From NCBI GenBank assembly GCA_031383405.1, contig JANMZO010000301.1, positions 7-64,006 on the forward strand: a DNA stretch of 64,000 bases, given 5' to 3'. A program made the translations under genes and the position numbers. Of the stretch, positions 47,687-56,788 are shown piece by piece. The first letter of the stretch is position 1. Each line of letters opens with the position of its first letter. The stretch comes from Acidimicrobiia bacterium. GTDB taxonomy: Bacteria > Actinomycetota > Acidimicrobiia > Acidimicrobiales > JANYDT01. The notes below the pieces were generated by a model. The model did not search any database. It saw only the letters and a list, made by a program, of their open reading frames with translations, and was not told where the DNA came from.

Positions 47687-47770
47687 GGGTCCGACCGGGC
47701 TCCTGCGGGTAGGGGTCCGGACCGGGCTCCTCTGGGCAGGGCTTGAGGGTAGGAGGGCTTGAGGGTAGGT
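47687..47770. repeat. imperfect tandem duplications upstream of dapC
   Basis: gggtccgaccgggctcctgcgggta / gggtccggaccgggctcctctgggca (47687-47738), then gggcttgagggtagg x2 (47739-47770). Confidence 0.9.
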
Positions 47771-47802
47771 GAGAGTCACGAGGCCCGATTAGGGTCTGTG
47801 TC

Positions 47803-48960
47803 ATGGGTTTTCAGCCACCCCCCTATCCACACGACCGTCTCGGGGCGGCCAGGAAACGAGCGACGGAAAACTTTGATGCCGTAGTCGACCTTTCAATCGG
47901 TACGCCGTGTGATCCGCCGCCGGCCGCGGTTGTCGACATGCTTGCGCACTCCAACACCGAAAGGGGTTACCCGACGTCGCTAGGCAGCGTGGCGTTCCGC
48001 AACGCTGCGGCCGGTTGGATGGATCGACGTTTCGGGGTCACCGTTGATCCTGCCGCCGAAGTTGCGGCGTGTATCGGAACGAAGGAGTTTGTTGCGACCA
48101 CTCCGCAGTGGCTGAAGCTCCGAAACCCCGAGCGCGACACGGTGTTGTATCCGGCTGTGGCGTATCCGACCTATGAGATGGGGGCGATCCTCGCCGGATG
48201 TCGGGCCGTGCCGGTCGCGCTAGACGAATCGTTCAGGCTTCGCCTCGACACGGTCGCGCAATCCGATGCGCAACGCGCTCTGTGTCTGTGGGTCAACTCG
48301 CCGGGCAACCCGGCCGGTGGTATCGACGACCTCATTGCGGCAGCTCAATGGGGGCGGTCGAACGACGTGCTGGTGCTCTCGGATGAGTGCTACGCCGAGT
48401 TCACCTGGTCGGGGCCCCCGCAGACGATTCTCACCAGCGGCTCCGAGGGCGTGCTCGCTGTGCACTCGCTGTCCAAGCGGTCGAATCTGGCCGGGGTTCG
48501 GGCCGGGTTCTACGCCGGAGACCGTCAGCTCGTCTCCTATCTCAGCGAGGTACGTAAGCACGCCGGCTTCATGGTTCCCGGCCCGGTGCAGGCGGCCGGC
48601 ACGGTGGCCTACAACGACGACGCGCACGTGGTGGTTCAGCGCCAGATCTACCTCGATCGGCTGACCATGTTCGCCGAAGTTCTCAGCGGGGTGGGCCTTC
48701 CGTCACGTCTCCCCGATGGCGGATTTTATCTGTGGACCGAGGTTCCCGGCGGCAATGCCTGGGCATGCACCGAATGGCTGGCTGCGCATGGCGGTATGAT
48801 CGTTTCCCCTGGGGAGTTCTACGGTGAAGCCGGAAAAAACTATGTGCGCGTAGCACTTGTCGAACCTGACGAGCGCCTCGCTCTGGTCGCGGAGCGGCTC
48901 AAGGAGTCCGGGGCCCGGTGGACGGTTGCTGAGGGTTACGGCCTGGTCGGACCGGCGTGA
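47803..48960 (+). CDS. dapC: succinyldiaminopimelate transaminase (class I aminotransferase)
   Basis: 385 aa. PPPYPHDRLG...DLSIGTPCDPPP...GYPTSLGS actinobacterial DapC pattern and PLP-lysine context SLSKRSN. 4-nt overlap with dapE. Confidence 0.85.
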   Translation: MGFQPPPYPHDRLGAARKRATENFDAVVDLSIGTPCDPPPAAVVDMLAHSNTERGYPTSLGSVAFRNAAAGWMDRRFGVTVDPAAEVAACIGTKEFVATTPQWLKLRNPERDTVLYPAVAYPTYEMGAILAGCRAVPVALDESFRLRLDTVAQSDAQRALCLWVNSPGNPAGGIDDLIAAAQWGRSNDVLVLSDECYAEFTWSGPPQTILTSGSEGVLAVHSLSKRSNLAGVRAGFYAGDRQLVSYLSEVRKHAGFMVPGPVQAAGTVAYNDDAHVVVQRQIYLDRLTMFAEVLSGVGLPSRLPDGGFYLWTEVPGGNAWACTEWLAAHGGMIVSPGEFYGEAGKNYVRVALVEPDERLALVAERLKESGARWTVAEGYGLVGPA

Positions 48961-50060
48961 ACCCACCAAAGAAGTCTCCCGACGTGGTGTGGCCTCCTTA
49001 CGATCTGCTGCGGGCCACCGCGGATCTTGTCGACATCGGATCGGTCAGCCACCACGAAACGGTCATTACCGATCTGATCGAAGCGCGTCTGCGGGCCGTT
49101 CCCTGGTTGGACGTGATACGAGTCGACAACAACGTGGTGGCCCGCACCATCCTTCAGCGGTCGCAGCGCCTGGTTCTCGCCGGTCACAGCGATACCGTGC
49201 CCGCCAACGGGAACGAGACGGCCCGCATCGACGGAGATGTGCTGCACGGACTCGGTTCAGCCGACATGAAGGGTGGATTGGCGGTGTTTCTCGCTCTGGC
49301 CGAAACCGTTGCTGAACCGGTATGCGACGTGACCTACATCTTCTACGAATGCGAGGAGGTCGCGGCAAAATACAACGGCCTCAAGAAGCTTCTTCTTGAG
49401 AACCGTGAACTGGTGGCGGCCGACGCCGCTGTGCTTGGAGAGCCGACAACATCGATCATCGAGGCCGGCTGTCAAGGGACTATGCGTGCCACCCTGACTC
49501 TTGGAGGGGCCCGAGCGCACACGGCGCGGCCGTGGATGGGGCGAAACGCTATTCACCGCCTCTCCGTCGTGCTCCAACGGCTCGCGGCGTATGAAGGTCG
49601 GCAGCCGGTGATCGATGGGTGTGTGTACCGTGAGGCCATTCAAGCCGTCAAGGTCGACGGAGGAGTCGCCGGCAACGTGGTACCGGATCGTGTCGTATTG
49701 ACGCTTAACCACCGCTTCGCGCCCGACCGTTCAGCCGCCGACGCAGAAGCGCACCTCCGTTCGGTGATCGGTCACGACCTGCTCGCCGACGACGCCATCT
49801 TAGAGATTGTCGACACCGCCGATGCGGCGCTGCCGTCGCTTACCCATCCACTCCTCGCCTCGCTGCGGGAGCGTTCGGGAGCGACCCCTCAGGCGAAGCT
49901 CGGATGGACCGACGTGGCCTTTTTTGCTGCACAGGGAATCCCGGCGGTAAATTTCGGCCCGGGTGACCCGAGCATCGCCCACACCGCCGGAGAACTCGTG
50001 CACCGGAGCGAGATCGACCGGGCCTACGAAGTGCTCTACGCGTTACTCACCAACGAGTAG
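48957..50060 (+). CDS. dapE: succinyl-diaminopimelate desuccinylase (M20)
   Basis: 367 aa. LAGHSDTVP, GSADMKGG and YECEE metal-site motifs. Confidence 0.88.
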   Translation: MNPPKKSPDVVWPPYDLLRATADLVDIGSVSHHETVITDLIEARLRAVPWLDVIRVDNNVVARTILQRSQRLVLAGHSDTVPANGNETARIDGDVLHGLGSADMKGGLAVFLALAETVAEPVCDVTYIFYECEEVAAKYNGLKKLLLENRELVAADAAVLGEPTTSIIEAGCQGTMRATLTLGGARAHTARPWMGRNAIHRLSVVLQRLAAYEGRQPVIDGCVYREAIQAVKVDGGVAGNVVPDRVVLTLNHRFAPDRSAADAEAHLRSVIGHDLLADDAILEIVDTADAALPSLTHPLLASLRERSGATPQAKLGWTDVAFFAAQGIPAVNFGPGDPSIAHTAGELVHRSEIDRAYEVLYALLTNE

Positions 50061-50127
50061 AACACCGGCACCCAGATCCCAACGCGTAGAACACCAGCGC
50101 CAGGTCGGTAGGGCCAGGTCGGTAGGG
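50056..50127. repeat. short tandem duplications between the dapE and lexA 3' ends
   Basis: gtagaacacc occurs at 50056 (including the dapE stop) and again at 50085. ccaggtcggtaggg x2 lies at 50100-50127. Confidence 0.9.
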
Positions 50128-50142
50128 CGCCGAACTCGCCAG

Positions 50143-50805
50143 TTACATGCGTCGAAGAACCGTAACGACTTTGCCGTAGATGGTTACGTCGTCTGGACCG
50201 AACTTCATCGGCTGCATCTTTGCGTTTTGCGGTGTGAGGGTGATTTCGTTGCGGCTTCGGTGATAGAGCTTGACCGTGGCTTCCTCTCCGGGGAGTCCGG
50301 CCACGATGACGTCACCGTTCTTCACTTCTGGCCCCTGCCGGACAACGACGAAATCGCCGCTGAGGATACCGCCTTCGATCATCGAGTCACCTCGAACCCG
50401 CAGCATGAAGAGGTTCCCACCGCCGGTGAAATCCTCCGGGAGGGGCAGAACCTCCTCGACGCGTTCCTCGGAGAGAACTCCCGTGCCCGCCGCGACGTCT
50501 CCGATGAGAGGAACATGCCGAACCGGGCGTCGCTCGACCTGACTGCCGGTCATCGGGTCGTAGCGAACCTCGATGGCTCTGGGTTTCGTCGGGTCACGGC
50601 GCAGATACCCAAGGCGTTGGAGAGTCTCGAGATGGGCGTGCACGGTGGACGAAGACGACAGCCCGACAACCTCGCCGATCTCGCGCACGGAGGGCGGGTA
50701 ACCACGGTCGCGCATGGCCTGCTCAATACAAGCCAGGATCTGCAGTTGTCGGGGCGAGAGGGAATTTTGCGTCATATCGGTCCTTGAGATGCGTTGCTGG
50801 TCCAA
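50143..50805 (-). CDS. lexA: LexA repressor
   Basis: 220 aa. wHTH region LSPRQLQILACIEQAMRDRGYPPSVREIGE, Ala-Gly cleavage region and S24 peptidase motifs GDSM and VVAG. Alternative start MTQNSL (50775). Confidence 0.93.
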   Translation of the reverse strand: MDQQRISRTDMTQNSLSPRQLQILACIEQAMRDRGYPPSVREIGEVVGLSSSSTVHAHLETLQRLGYLRRDPTKPRAIEVRYDPMTGSQVERRPVRHVPLIGDVAAGTGVLSEERVEEVLPLPEDFTGGGNLFMLRVRGDSMIEGGILSGDFVVVRQGPEVKNGDVIVAGLPGEEATVKLYHRSRNEITLTPQNAKMQPMKFGPDDVTIYGKVVTVLRRM

Positions 50806-50835
50806 TGGCGGGTGCGTACCGGCGTTGGGTGTTTC

Positions 50836-50879
50836 GGGGAGGGGGGAGGAGGGGGTGGAGGGGGGAGGAGGGGTTGGGG
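50836..50879 (+). other. G-run tract with G-quadruplex potential (C-rich on the lexA sense strand)
   Basis: ggggaggggggaggagggggtggaggggggaggaggggttgggg has at least six runs of 4-6 G within 44 nt. It lies 30-75 nt upstream of the lexA start. Confidence 0.6.
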
Positions 50880-51025
50880 TTTCTGTGGCAGTCGGTGCTT
50901 CCGCGGCTTGACTTTATGAGCCGCACCGGCGATCTGGATCGAAAAGGATCCGGAAGGTTCTCGGGAACACTGGGTAACTGACGGAGGGGCGGGAGAAGGG
51001 TTGGAAGGGTGGGGGCTATCGCTTG

Positions 51026-51041
51026 TCGAACGACTGTTCGT
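51026..51041. promoter_or_regulatory. LexA (SOS) box 1
   Basis: TCGAACgactGTTCGT matches the actinobacterial consensus TCGAAC-N4-GTTCGA at 11 of 12 positions. Confidence 0.8.
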
Positions 51042-51096
51042 ACCATATCAAAGCAACGCATGTCTGGCAAACATCTGTTCGAAAAAGTTCTTGACG

Positions 51097-51112
51097 ACGA
51101 ACGAGTGTTCGT
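51097..51112. promoter_or_regulatory. LexA (SOS) box 2
   Basis: ACGAACgagtGTTCGT, 10 of 12 to the consensus. Confidence 0.7.
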
Positions 51113-51126
51113 GGCAGAGTGCCTTT

Positions 51127-51597
51127 ATGACGAACGAACGTTCGATAACCAGACATCCTTCCCTTCTGCTTTCCCCGTCCGCCGCCACGGTCGGCGCGGT
51201 CGGCGCGTCGGTCGGCGCCTCGTCCTCCGGTGTATACCGCCCCGTGCCCGGCTCTATCGGGGGTGCGTCAACTCGACTCGATGCGCGTTTGGTCCGACGG
51301 CCGGGCCCGGATCTCGTGCGCCGGCGCCGGACTGCTGTCGTGTTCTTTGTGGGCCTCCTTACGCTTACCGGTGTGGGCGTAGCATCGGCCACCTCTGGTC
51401 GCGGCGATTCGGTGAGAACTGCAGTGCATGTTGTCCTTCCCGGTGAGTCGCTTTGGTCCATAGCCCGTGACGCAAAGCCCAAGGGTGATATCCGTCGGCT
51501 GGTCGCTCAGTTGGGGGAGCAGGTTGACGGCTCGCAACTGCAACCCGGCGACGAGCTGATCGTTCCTGTTCCGAACGGTCCAACACAGGGGAAGTAG
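51127..51597 (+). CDS. SOS-regulated LysM domain membrane protein (ChiZ/Rv2719c-like)
   Basis: I prefer the ATG at 51127 (MTNERSITRHP...). One TM segment (VVFFVGLLTLTGVGVASA). C-terminal LysM motif VVLPGESLWSIARDA...LQPGDELIVP. The position between lexA and nrdR matches mycobacteria. Confidence 0.8.
   Translation: MTNERSITRHPSLLLSPSAATVGAVGASVGASSSGVYRPVPGSIGGASTRLDARLVRRPGPDLVRRRRTAVVFFVGLLTLTGVGVASATSGRGDSVRTAVHVVLPGESLWSIARDAKPKGDIRRLVAQLGEQVDGSQLQPGDELIVPVPNGPTQGK
51130..51145. promoter_or_regulatory. LexA (SOS) box 3
   Basis: ACGAACgaacGTTCGA, 11 of 12. It begins 1 nt after the ATG (51127) of the LysM gene. Confidence 0.8.
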
Positions 51598-51749
51598 ACC
51601 CTCTCCCTTGAACTATGTGCTCATATCACCCGCCTGTCGGAGATCGTGTACTTCCCCTGTTCAAGAATGTTCCTCCCCGCTTCCCTTCGATCCTTGAAGC
51701 GCTTCAGCGACACGTATCCGGAGGCTTGGTCAGCGGGTAATCTTCGGAG

Positions 51750-52226
51750 GTGCGATGCCCGTGGTGTTCCTCTCTTGACGACAAGGTGATCGATTCCAGG
51801 GCCGCCGACGACGGGGTGGCGATTCGCCGCCGTCGAGAGTGCCTCGTTTGCAGTCGCCGCTTCACGACCTACGAGCGTATCGACGATCTACCGTTGACCG
51901 TGATCAAGCGGAGTGGCGAGCGGACGCCGTTCGAGAGGGCGAAGGTTCTCGCCGGGCTTCGGGCGGCAACGAAGAATCTGCCACTGTCGACTGAGCAGTT
52001 GGAATCCATTGCGATGGAGGTCGAAGAGGAACTTCGGCTTGAGGGACCCGAAATCACCAGTGAGAGGATCGGTGTGGCCGTCCTCAATCGGCTTCGGCTC
52101 GTAGATGGTGTCGCGTACCTTCGGTTCGCGTCCGTTTATAAGAATTTCACGGATCCCGGTGATTTCGCCCGAGAGGCGAAGATGCTCACCAAGGCCACGG
52201 CTCCAAAGTCGTCCCATCCGTCGTAA
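51750..52226 (+). CDS. nrdR: transcriptional repressor NrdR
   Basis: 158 aa with a GTG start. Zinc ribbon MRCPWCSS...CLVCSRRFTTYE and an ATP-cone. Confidence 0.95.
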   Translation: MRCPWCSSLDDKVIDSRAADDGVAIRRRRECLVCSRRFTTYERIDDLPLTVIKRSGERTPFERAKVLAGLRAATKNLPLSTEQLESIAMEVEEELRLEGPEITSERIGVAVLNRLRLVDGVAYLRFASVYKNFTDPGDFAREAKMLTKATAPKSSHPS

Positions 52227-52442
52227 AGGCTATGGAATCTGCTGAGATTCCGTAGCTGCTTCTGTTACCCACAGGTCATCCACAGGGCCCGCCGGAGCGG
52301 TCCACAGGCTGAGGCTCTAGTTGTCCACAGTTTGGGTTCCGTACCCTTGACCCCGCCGCCTCAAACCGGAAAGTTCTGCCGGGCGAAGTCGACGAAATTT
52401 GCGACAAAGCTTGACATTGACGTAATTTCACGGTTGTATTTT

Positions 52443-52490
52443 AACCCGTATCTCGTGGCCGCCCCCCCGGCCAACCGCAACATCTTGTGG
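52443..52490. promoter_or_regulatory. candidate tandem NrdR boxes upstream of nrdJ
   Basis: CCGCAACATCTTGTGG (52475-52490) is 12 of 16 self-complementary and about 11 of 16 to the acaCwAtATaTwGtgt consensus. A weaker box, AACCCGTATCTCGTGG (52443-52458), sits exactly 32 bp upstream. Both are adjacent to an AT-rich promoter-like patch (TTGACA at about 52409). Confidence 0.4.
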
Positions 52491-52617
52491 TCTTGGTTGC
52501 TTTTGGAACCCGGTGCCCTCTGGGCGCAGGATTTGTGTGAGGCAGCCGGAGCCACCGTACTCATGGCGAACCCACGATCGTTGATGGTCGTGGGTTCTTC
52601 TCTCGAAAGGCATACAA

Positions 52618-55491
52618 ATGGCGATTGCGCCGGAACGCACAGGTATCGGAATTCGTAGATACTTCACGACGGAAGGGGTGCATCCGTACGACGCGATCGC
52701 GTGGGAGCGCAGAGACAGCCGAATCGAGAACTGGCGAACCGGGGAGGTAGCGTTCGAACAGCTCGGGGTCGAGGTGCCGGCTTCATGGAGCGTCAACGCG
52801 ACCAACATCCTGGCCCAGAAGTACTTTCGCGGAACGTTGGGAACCGACGGACGCGAGTGGTCGCTTCGTCAGGTCGCCGACCGTGTCGTCGACACGATCA
52901 CGAACTGGGGAGTTACTGGCGGGTACTTCGTCGACACCGTCGAAGCCGAGGTCTTCAACCACGAGCTCAAATACCTGATCATCAACCAGATGGGTGCGTT
53001 CAACTCACCGGTGTGGTTCAACATCGGTGTGAAGGGCGTGCCGCAGCAGGGTTCGGCGTGCTTCATTCTGGAAGTCGACGACCAGATGGACTCGATCCTC
53101 AACTGGTACCGCGAAGAAGGCGTCATCTTCAAGGGCGGCTCCGGGGCCGGTATCAACCTGTCGAAGATCCGCTCTTCGAAGGAAATCCTCAACGGTGGCG
53201 GCACCGCTTCGGGGCCGGTCAGCTTCATGCGCGGAGCTGATGCGTCGGCCGGCACGATCAAGTCCGGCGGTAAGACCCGCCGAGCCGCCAAGATGGTCAT
53301 TCTCAACGCTGACCATCCCGATATCGAAGACTTCATCTGGTGCAAGGTGATCGAGGAGCGCAAGGCCCGCGTGCTTCGCGATGCCGGCTTCGACATGGAC
53401 CTCGACGGAAAAGACTCGATCTCGATCCAGTACCAGAACGCCAACAATTCGATGCGGGTCTCCGACGAGTTCATGCAGGCCGTCGTCGACGACGCCGACT
53501 GGGACCTCAGGGCGGTCACCACGGGCGACGTTGTGAAGACCTTGAAGGCGCGCCACCTGATGCGTCAATTCGCCGAGGCCGCCTGGGAATGCGCCGACCC
53601 TGGGATGCAGTACGACACCACCATCAACCGTTGGCACACCGCGGCCAACACGTCGCGCATCAACGGATCCAACCCGTGCAGCGAATACATGCACATCGAT
53701 AACTCCGCCTGCAACCTCGCCAGCATCAACCTGCTGAAGTTGCTCGACGACAACGACGAGTTCGATGTCGAGGGCTACAAGGCCGCGATTGAATGCTTCT
53801 TCACCGCCCAGGAGATCATCGTCGGCAACGCCGATTACCCGACACCGAAGATCGGTGAGAACAGCCGTCGCTTCCGTCAACTCGGTCTCGGCTACGCAAA
53901 TCTTGGCGCTCTGCTCATGGCCCTCGGGCACGGCTACGACTCCGATGCCGGGCGCGCCTGGGCTGGAGCGCTCACTGCGCTTATGACCGGCCACGCCTAC
54001 GTGACGTCAGCCCGCACCGCAATGCGCATGGGCCCGTTCGCGGGTTACCTCGAGAACCGCGAGCCGATGACTCGGGTACTCAGCCAGCACCGGGCCGAAA
54101 CGGCGAAGATCGACGAGGATCTGGTCCCGATGGGGCTGCTGTCGGCGGCCCAGGAGTCGTGGGACAGCGCTTGTGAACTGGCGTCGGTGTACGGCGTGCG
54201 GAACGCCCAAGCGACGGTACTCGCCCCGACCGGGACCATCGGTCTGTTGATGGACTGCGACACGACCGGTGTGGAACCCGACCTCGGCCTCGTGAAGTTC
54301 AAGAAGCTCGTCGGTGGCGGGTCGATGACCATCGTCAACCAGACCATTCCGCGGGCCCTGCGTCAGCTTGGCTATGAAGCGCCGATCGTAGCGAACATCA
54401 TCAACTACATCGACGTGAACAAGACCCTCATCGGGAGCCCCGACCTGCGTCCGGAGCACCTTGGCATCTTCGCCTGCTCGATGGGTGACAACGTTATCCA
54501 CTACCTCGGTCACGTCCGCATGATGGCGGCGATCCAACCCTTCATTTCCGGTGCGATTTCCAAGACCGTAAACATGCCCGAAGACGCGACGGTCGAAGAG
54601 ATCGAGCAATTGCACATCGATGCGTGGAAGATGGGCATCAAGGCCATCGCCATTTACCGCGACAACTGCAAGGTTGGTCAGCCGTTGTCGACCGCGAAGA
54701 AGGACGGGTCGGAGAAAGACGCGGGCGGAGGGGTGGCCAACGGTGTTGCCGCCACGGCGACACCGGATCCGGCGCTCACCGCCAAGATCGCCGAACTTGA
54801 ACAGGCGCTTGCGTCGACGACAACGGTGATTCGCAAGCCGCAACGCGAACGTATGCCCCGGCGCCGGCGTTCGAGCACGTTCTCGTTCCGGGTCGCGGAC
54901 TGCGAAGGTCACGTGACCGTGGGCGAATACGACGATGGTCGTCCGGGTGAAGTGTTCATCAACGTGTCGAAACAGGGCTCCACGCTTGCCGGTTTCATGG
55001 ACGCTTTTTCGATTTCGATCTCGCTCGGTCTCCAGCACGGCGTTCCGCTTTCGACCTACGTCCGCAAGTATTCCAACATGCGTTTCGAACCGGCGGGTAT
55101 CACCGACGACGCCGAATTGCGCATTGCGACCTCCCTGATCGACTACATCTTCCGGCGTTTGGCGCTCGATTATCTACCCTACGAGTTGCGTGCCGAACTC
55201 GGTGTGCTGTCGTCGGCGGAACGTACCCAGCCGACGCTCCCGGGCGTCGAGGAGGCCATGACCCAAAACGTGATGCTCACCGAGCCGAGGTCGACTCCGT
55301 CTTCGGCCGCTCCATCGCAGTTGGTCGACCTCACCCCGAAGCCGTCGGCGGAGGGTGGTCCGTCATCGTCCACACTGTCTCGTAAGCGGCCGGCCGACGC
55401 GCCGTTCTGCTACTCGTGTGGCAATGAGATGAACCGGGCCGGCAGTTGCTACGTGTGCTCAGCCTGCGGAGCAACGAGCGGCTGTTCCTGA
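52618..55491 (+). CDS. nrdJ: vitamin B12-dependent (class II) ribonucleotide reductase
   Basis: 957 aa. N-terminus ...YFTTEGVHPYD...WERRD..I......FEQ..VE.P..WS..A.NILAQKYFRG, active-site NPCSEY and a C-terminal Cys-rich zinc ribbon CYSCGNEM...CYVCSACG. Confidence 0.95.
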   Translation: MAIAPERTGIGIRRYFTTEGVHPYDAIAWERRDSRIENWRTGEVAFEQLGVEVPASWSVNATNILAQKYFRGTLGTDGREWSLRQVADRVVDTITNWGVTGGYFVDTVEAEVFNHELKYLIINQMGAFNSPVWFNIGVKGVPQQGSACFILEVDDQMDSILNWYREEGVIFKGGSGAGINLSKIRSSKEILNGGGTASGPVSFMRGADASAGTIKSGGKTRRAAKMVILNADHPDIEDFIWCKVIEERKARVLRDAGFDMDLDGKDSISIQYQNANNSMRVSDEFMQAVVDDADWDLRAVTTGDVVKTLKARHLMRQFAEAAWECADPGMQYDTTINRWHTAANTSRINGSNPCSEYMHIDNSACNLASINLLKLLDDNDEFDVEGYKAAIECFFTAQEIIVGNADYPTPKIGENSRRFRQLGLGYANLGALLMALGHGYDSDAGRAWAGALTALMTGHAYVTSARTAMRMGPFAGYLENREPMTRVLSQHRAETAKIDEDLVPMGLLSAAQESWDSACELASVYGVRNAQATVLAPTGTIGLLMDCDTTGVEPDLGLVKFKKLVGGGSMTIVNQTIPRALRQLGYEAPIVANIINYIDVNKTLIGSPDLRPEHLGIFACSMGDNVIHYLGHVRMMAAIQPFISGAISKTVNMPEDATVEEIEQLHIDAWKMGIKAIAIYRDNCKVGQPLSTAKKDGSEKDAGGGVANGVAATATPDPALTAKIAELEQALASTTTVIRKPQRERMPRRRRSSTFSFRVADCEGHVTVGEYDDGRPGEVFINVSKQGSTLAGFMDAFSISISLGLQHGVPLSTYVRKYSNMRFEPAGITDDAELRIATSLIDYIFRRLALDYLPYELRAELGVLSSAERTQPTLPGVEEAMTQNVMLTEPRSTPSSAAPSQLVDLTPKPSAEGGPSSSTLSRKRPADAPFCYSCGNEMNRAGSCYVCSACGATSGCS

Positions 55492-55573
55492 GCGGTCACC
55501 GACGGCGTGCAAAGGGACCGTTTTTGAAACAGATCGGTCGGCGCTTAGTCGTTGGCCACGGTCCGTGGTCCGG

Positions 55574-56371
55574 TTATTGTCGGTCGGCCACGAAGAGGCC
55601 GTCGACCTGAAAAAGCCGCATGGTCTTCGGGTCGACCAACACTTCAAGGAGGCCGTGTAACGAGAATCCGAGGCTGGCCATTTCGGCGACCAGTTCGGTG
55701 AACAGCTTTTGCCCCTCGTACATGGTGACCAGGGAAAGCTCCAGTTCGATGGCGACCGTCTGCTTGAGCAATTCCGTGGCGCCGAGCAGCACCGGCCACT
55801 CGTAACCCTGCGTGTCTACCTTCAGCCAAACGCGATCGGTGGGGGAACAGTTGATCGATGCGAGTTCGTCGTCGAGGCGGCGGACGTCGACGACCTCGGT
55901 GCTTATGTAGCGCGACTCTGGTGCTGCATCTTGGTGAGCTTTGGCCATCGGAAGCAGGGAACTGCTCAGTTCGTTGCCCGAGTTGTTGAGCGTGAGTTCA
56001 CCCTTCTCGGCCCCGACCGCTGCGTGGATTACCGTCCAGTTGGGGTCATTGGCCGACGCCGCGATGAGGGTGTCCAAACACACCCGCTGCGGTTCGTAGC
56101 TCGCAATACGTATCTTCGGGTCCATCTCGCGCACGTCGCCCGCGTACTGGCCGCGGTTGGCGCCGACATCAATCACGAACGTCGGGCGGGTGAATTCGAA
56201 TAACCGCGAACGCGACGCGTTCGCCGCATCGTCGAGCCACCCATTCCAGTTCTTGTGCGGATCCGCGACCAGGACCTGGCCGCCCCGAGCCGCCACTTTG
56301 CCAAGTTCGTGCATCACCCGGCCGCGAATCCTCCATTGCAGGGTCACGAGCTTGGACTGCCCTGAGGTCAT
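55574..56371 (-). CDS. FkbM family methyltransferase
   Basis: 265 aa. FVIDVGANRGQYAG motif and overall FkbM-type pattern. Confidence 0.75.
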   Translation of the reverse strand: MTSGQSKLVTLQWRIRGRVMHELGKVAARGGQVLVADPHKNWNGWLDDAANASRSRLFEFTRPTFVIDVGANRGQYAGDVREMDPKIRIASYEPQRVCLDTLIAASANDPNWTVIHAAVGAEKGELTLNNSGNELSSSLLPMAKAHQDAAPESRYISTEVVDVRRLDDELASINCSPTDRVWLKVDTQGYEWPVLLGATELLKQTVAIELELSLVTMYEGQKLFTELVAEMASLGFSLHGLLEVLVDPKTMRLFQVDGLFVADRQ

Positions 56372-56788
56372 GGTCTTCCTTTGGTGATCGGGTCAAGAGT
56401 TTCGCGGTTGGTTTCGGGTCGGTACTGCGGTGTGGAGTTCGGGGCGGTGGGCGATGACGTGTTGAACAGGATTATGACCAGGCTCCTTCCCCACCTGTAC
56501 TTCGGGCCCTTTTCGGGCCCCGTGGCGATGACATAATCGGTTGAACAGCGATGAACCTTGACTTCTCCGCCAGAAGCCGCCGACCCGCGTGGTTCGTGGT
56601 GCCGGACCTCCCGGTACCACTTGGAGTCGAGGCTGGTGATATCGCACGGGCGTGCGGTGTGAGATTCGGCTGTAGGTTAAACCAGCGGAGACGCGGTCGG
56701 CTCAAGACAACCGTCGCCGTCGCCGACCTTTTCTGTCCGGTCGAGGCATCACCCGGGACGTGCGAAGGAAGGTCGAGGTAACCAACGA

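Noticed and set aside
50723-51070. 115-aa Pro-rich ORF upstream of lexA.
   Set aside because: It is a translation of the C-rich strand of the G-run tract, is out of frame with lexA, and is low-complexity.
52495-52560. Cobalamin riboswitch upstream of nrdJ (GGAACCCGGTG... and the B12-box-like GCAGCCGGAGCCACC).
   Set aside because: Only two short blocks resemble the consensus. The CCCGCnACUG core and the expected stems are missing, and B12 repression of a B12-dependent RNR would be biologically odd. It should still be screened with RF00174.
55493-55525. Terminator after nrdJ (CGGTC...GACCG followed by TTTTT).
   Set aside because: The stem is only 5 bp with an 18-nt loop. It is too weak to call from sequence alone.
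56368-56680. Open frame ending in a TGA that overlaps the FkbM ATG (a possibly coupled upstream gene).
   Set aside because: No ATG, GTG or TTG start occurs anywhere in the frame after the upstream stop. It is treated as a remnant (see the finding), not annotated as a CDS.
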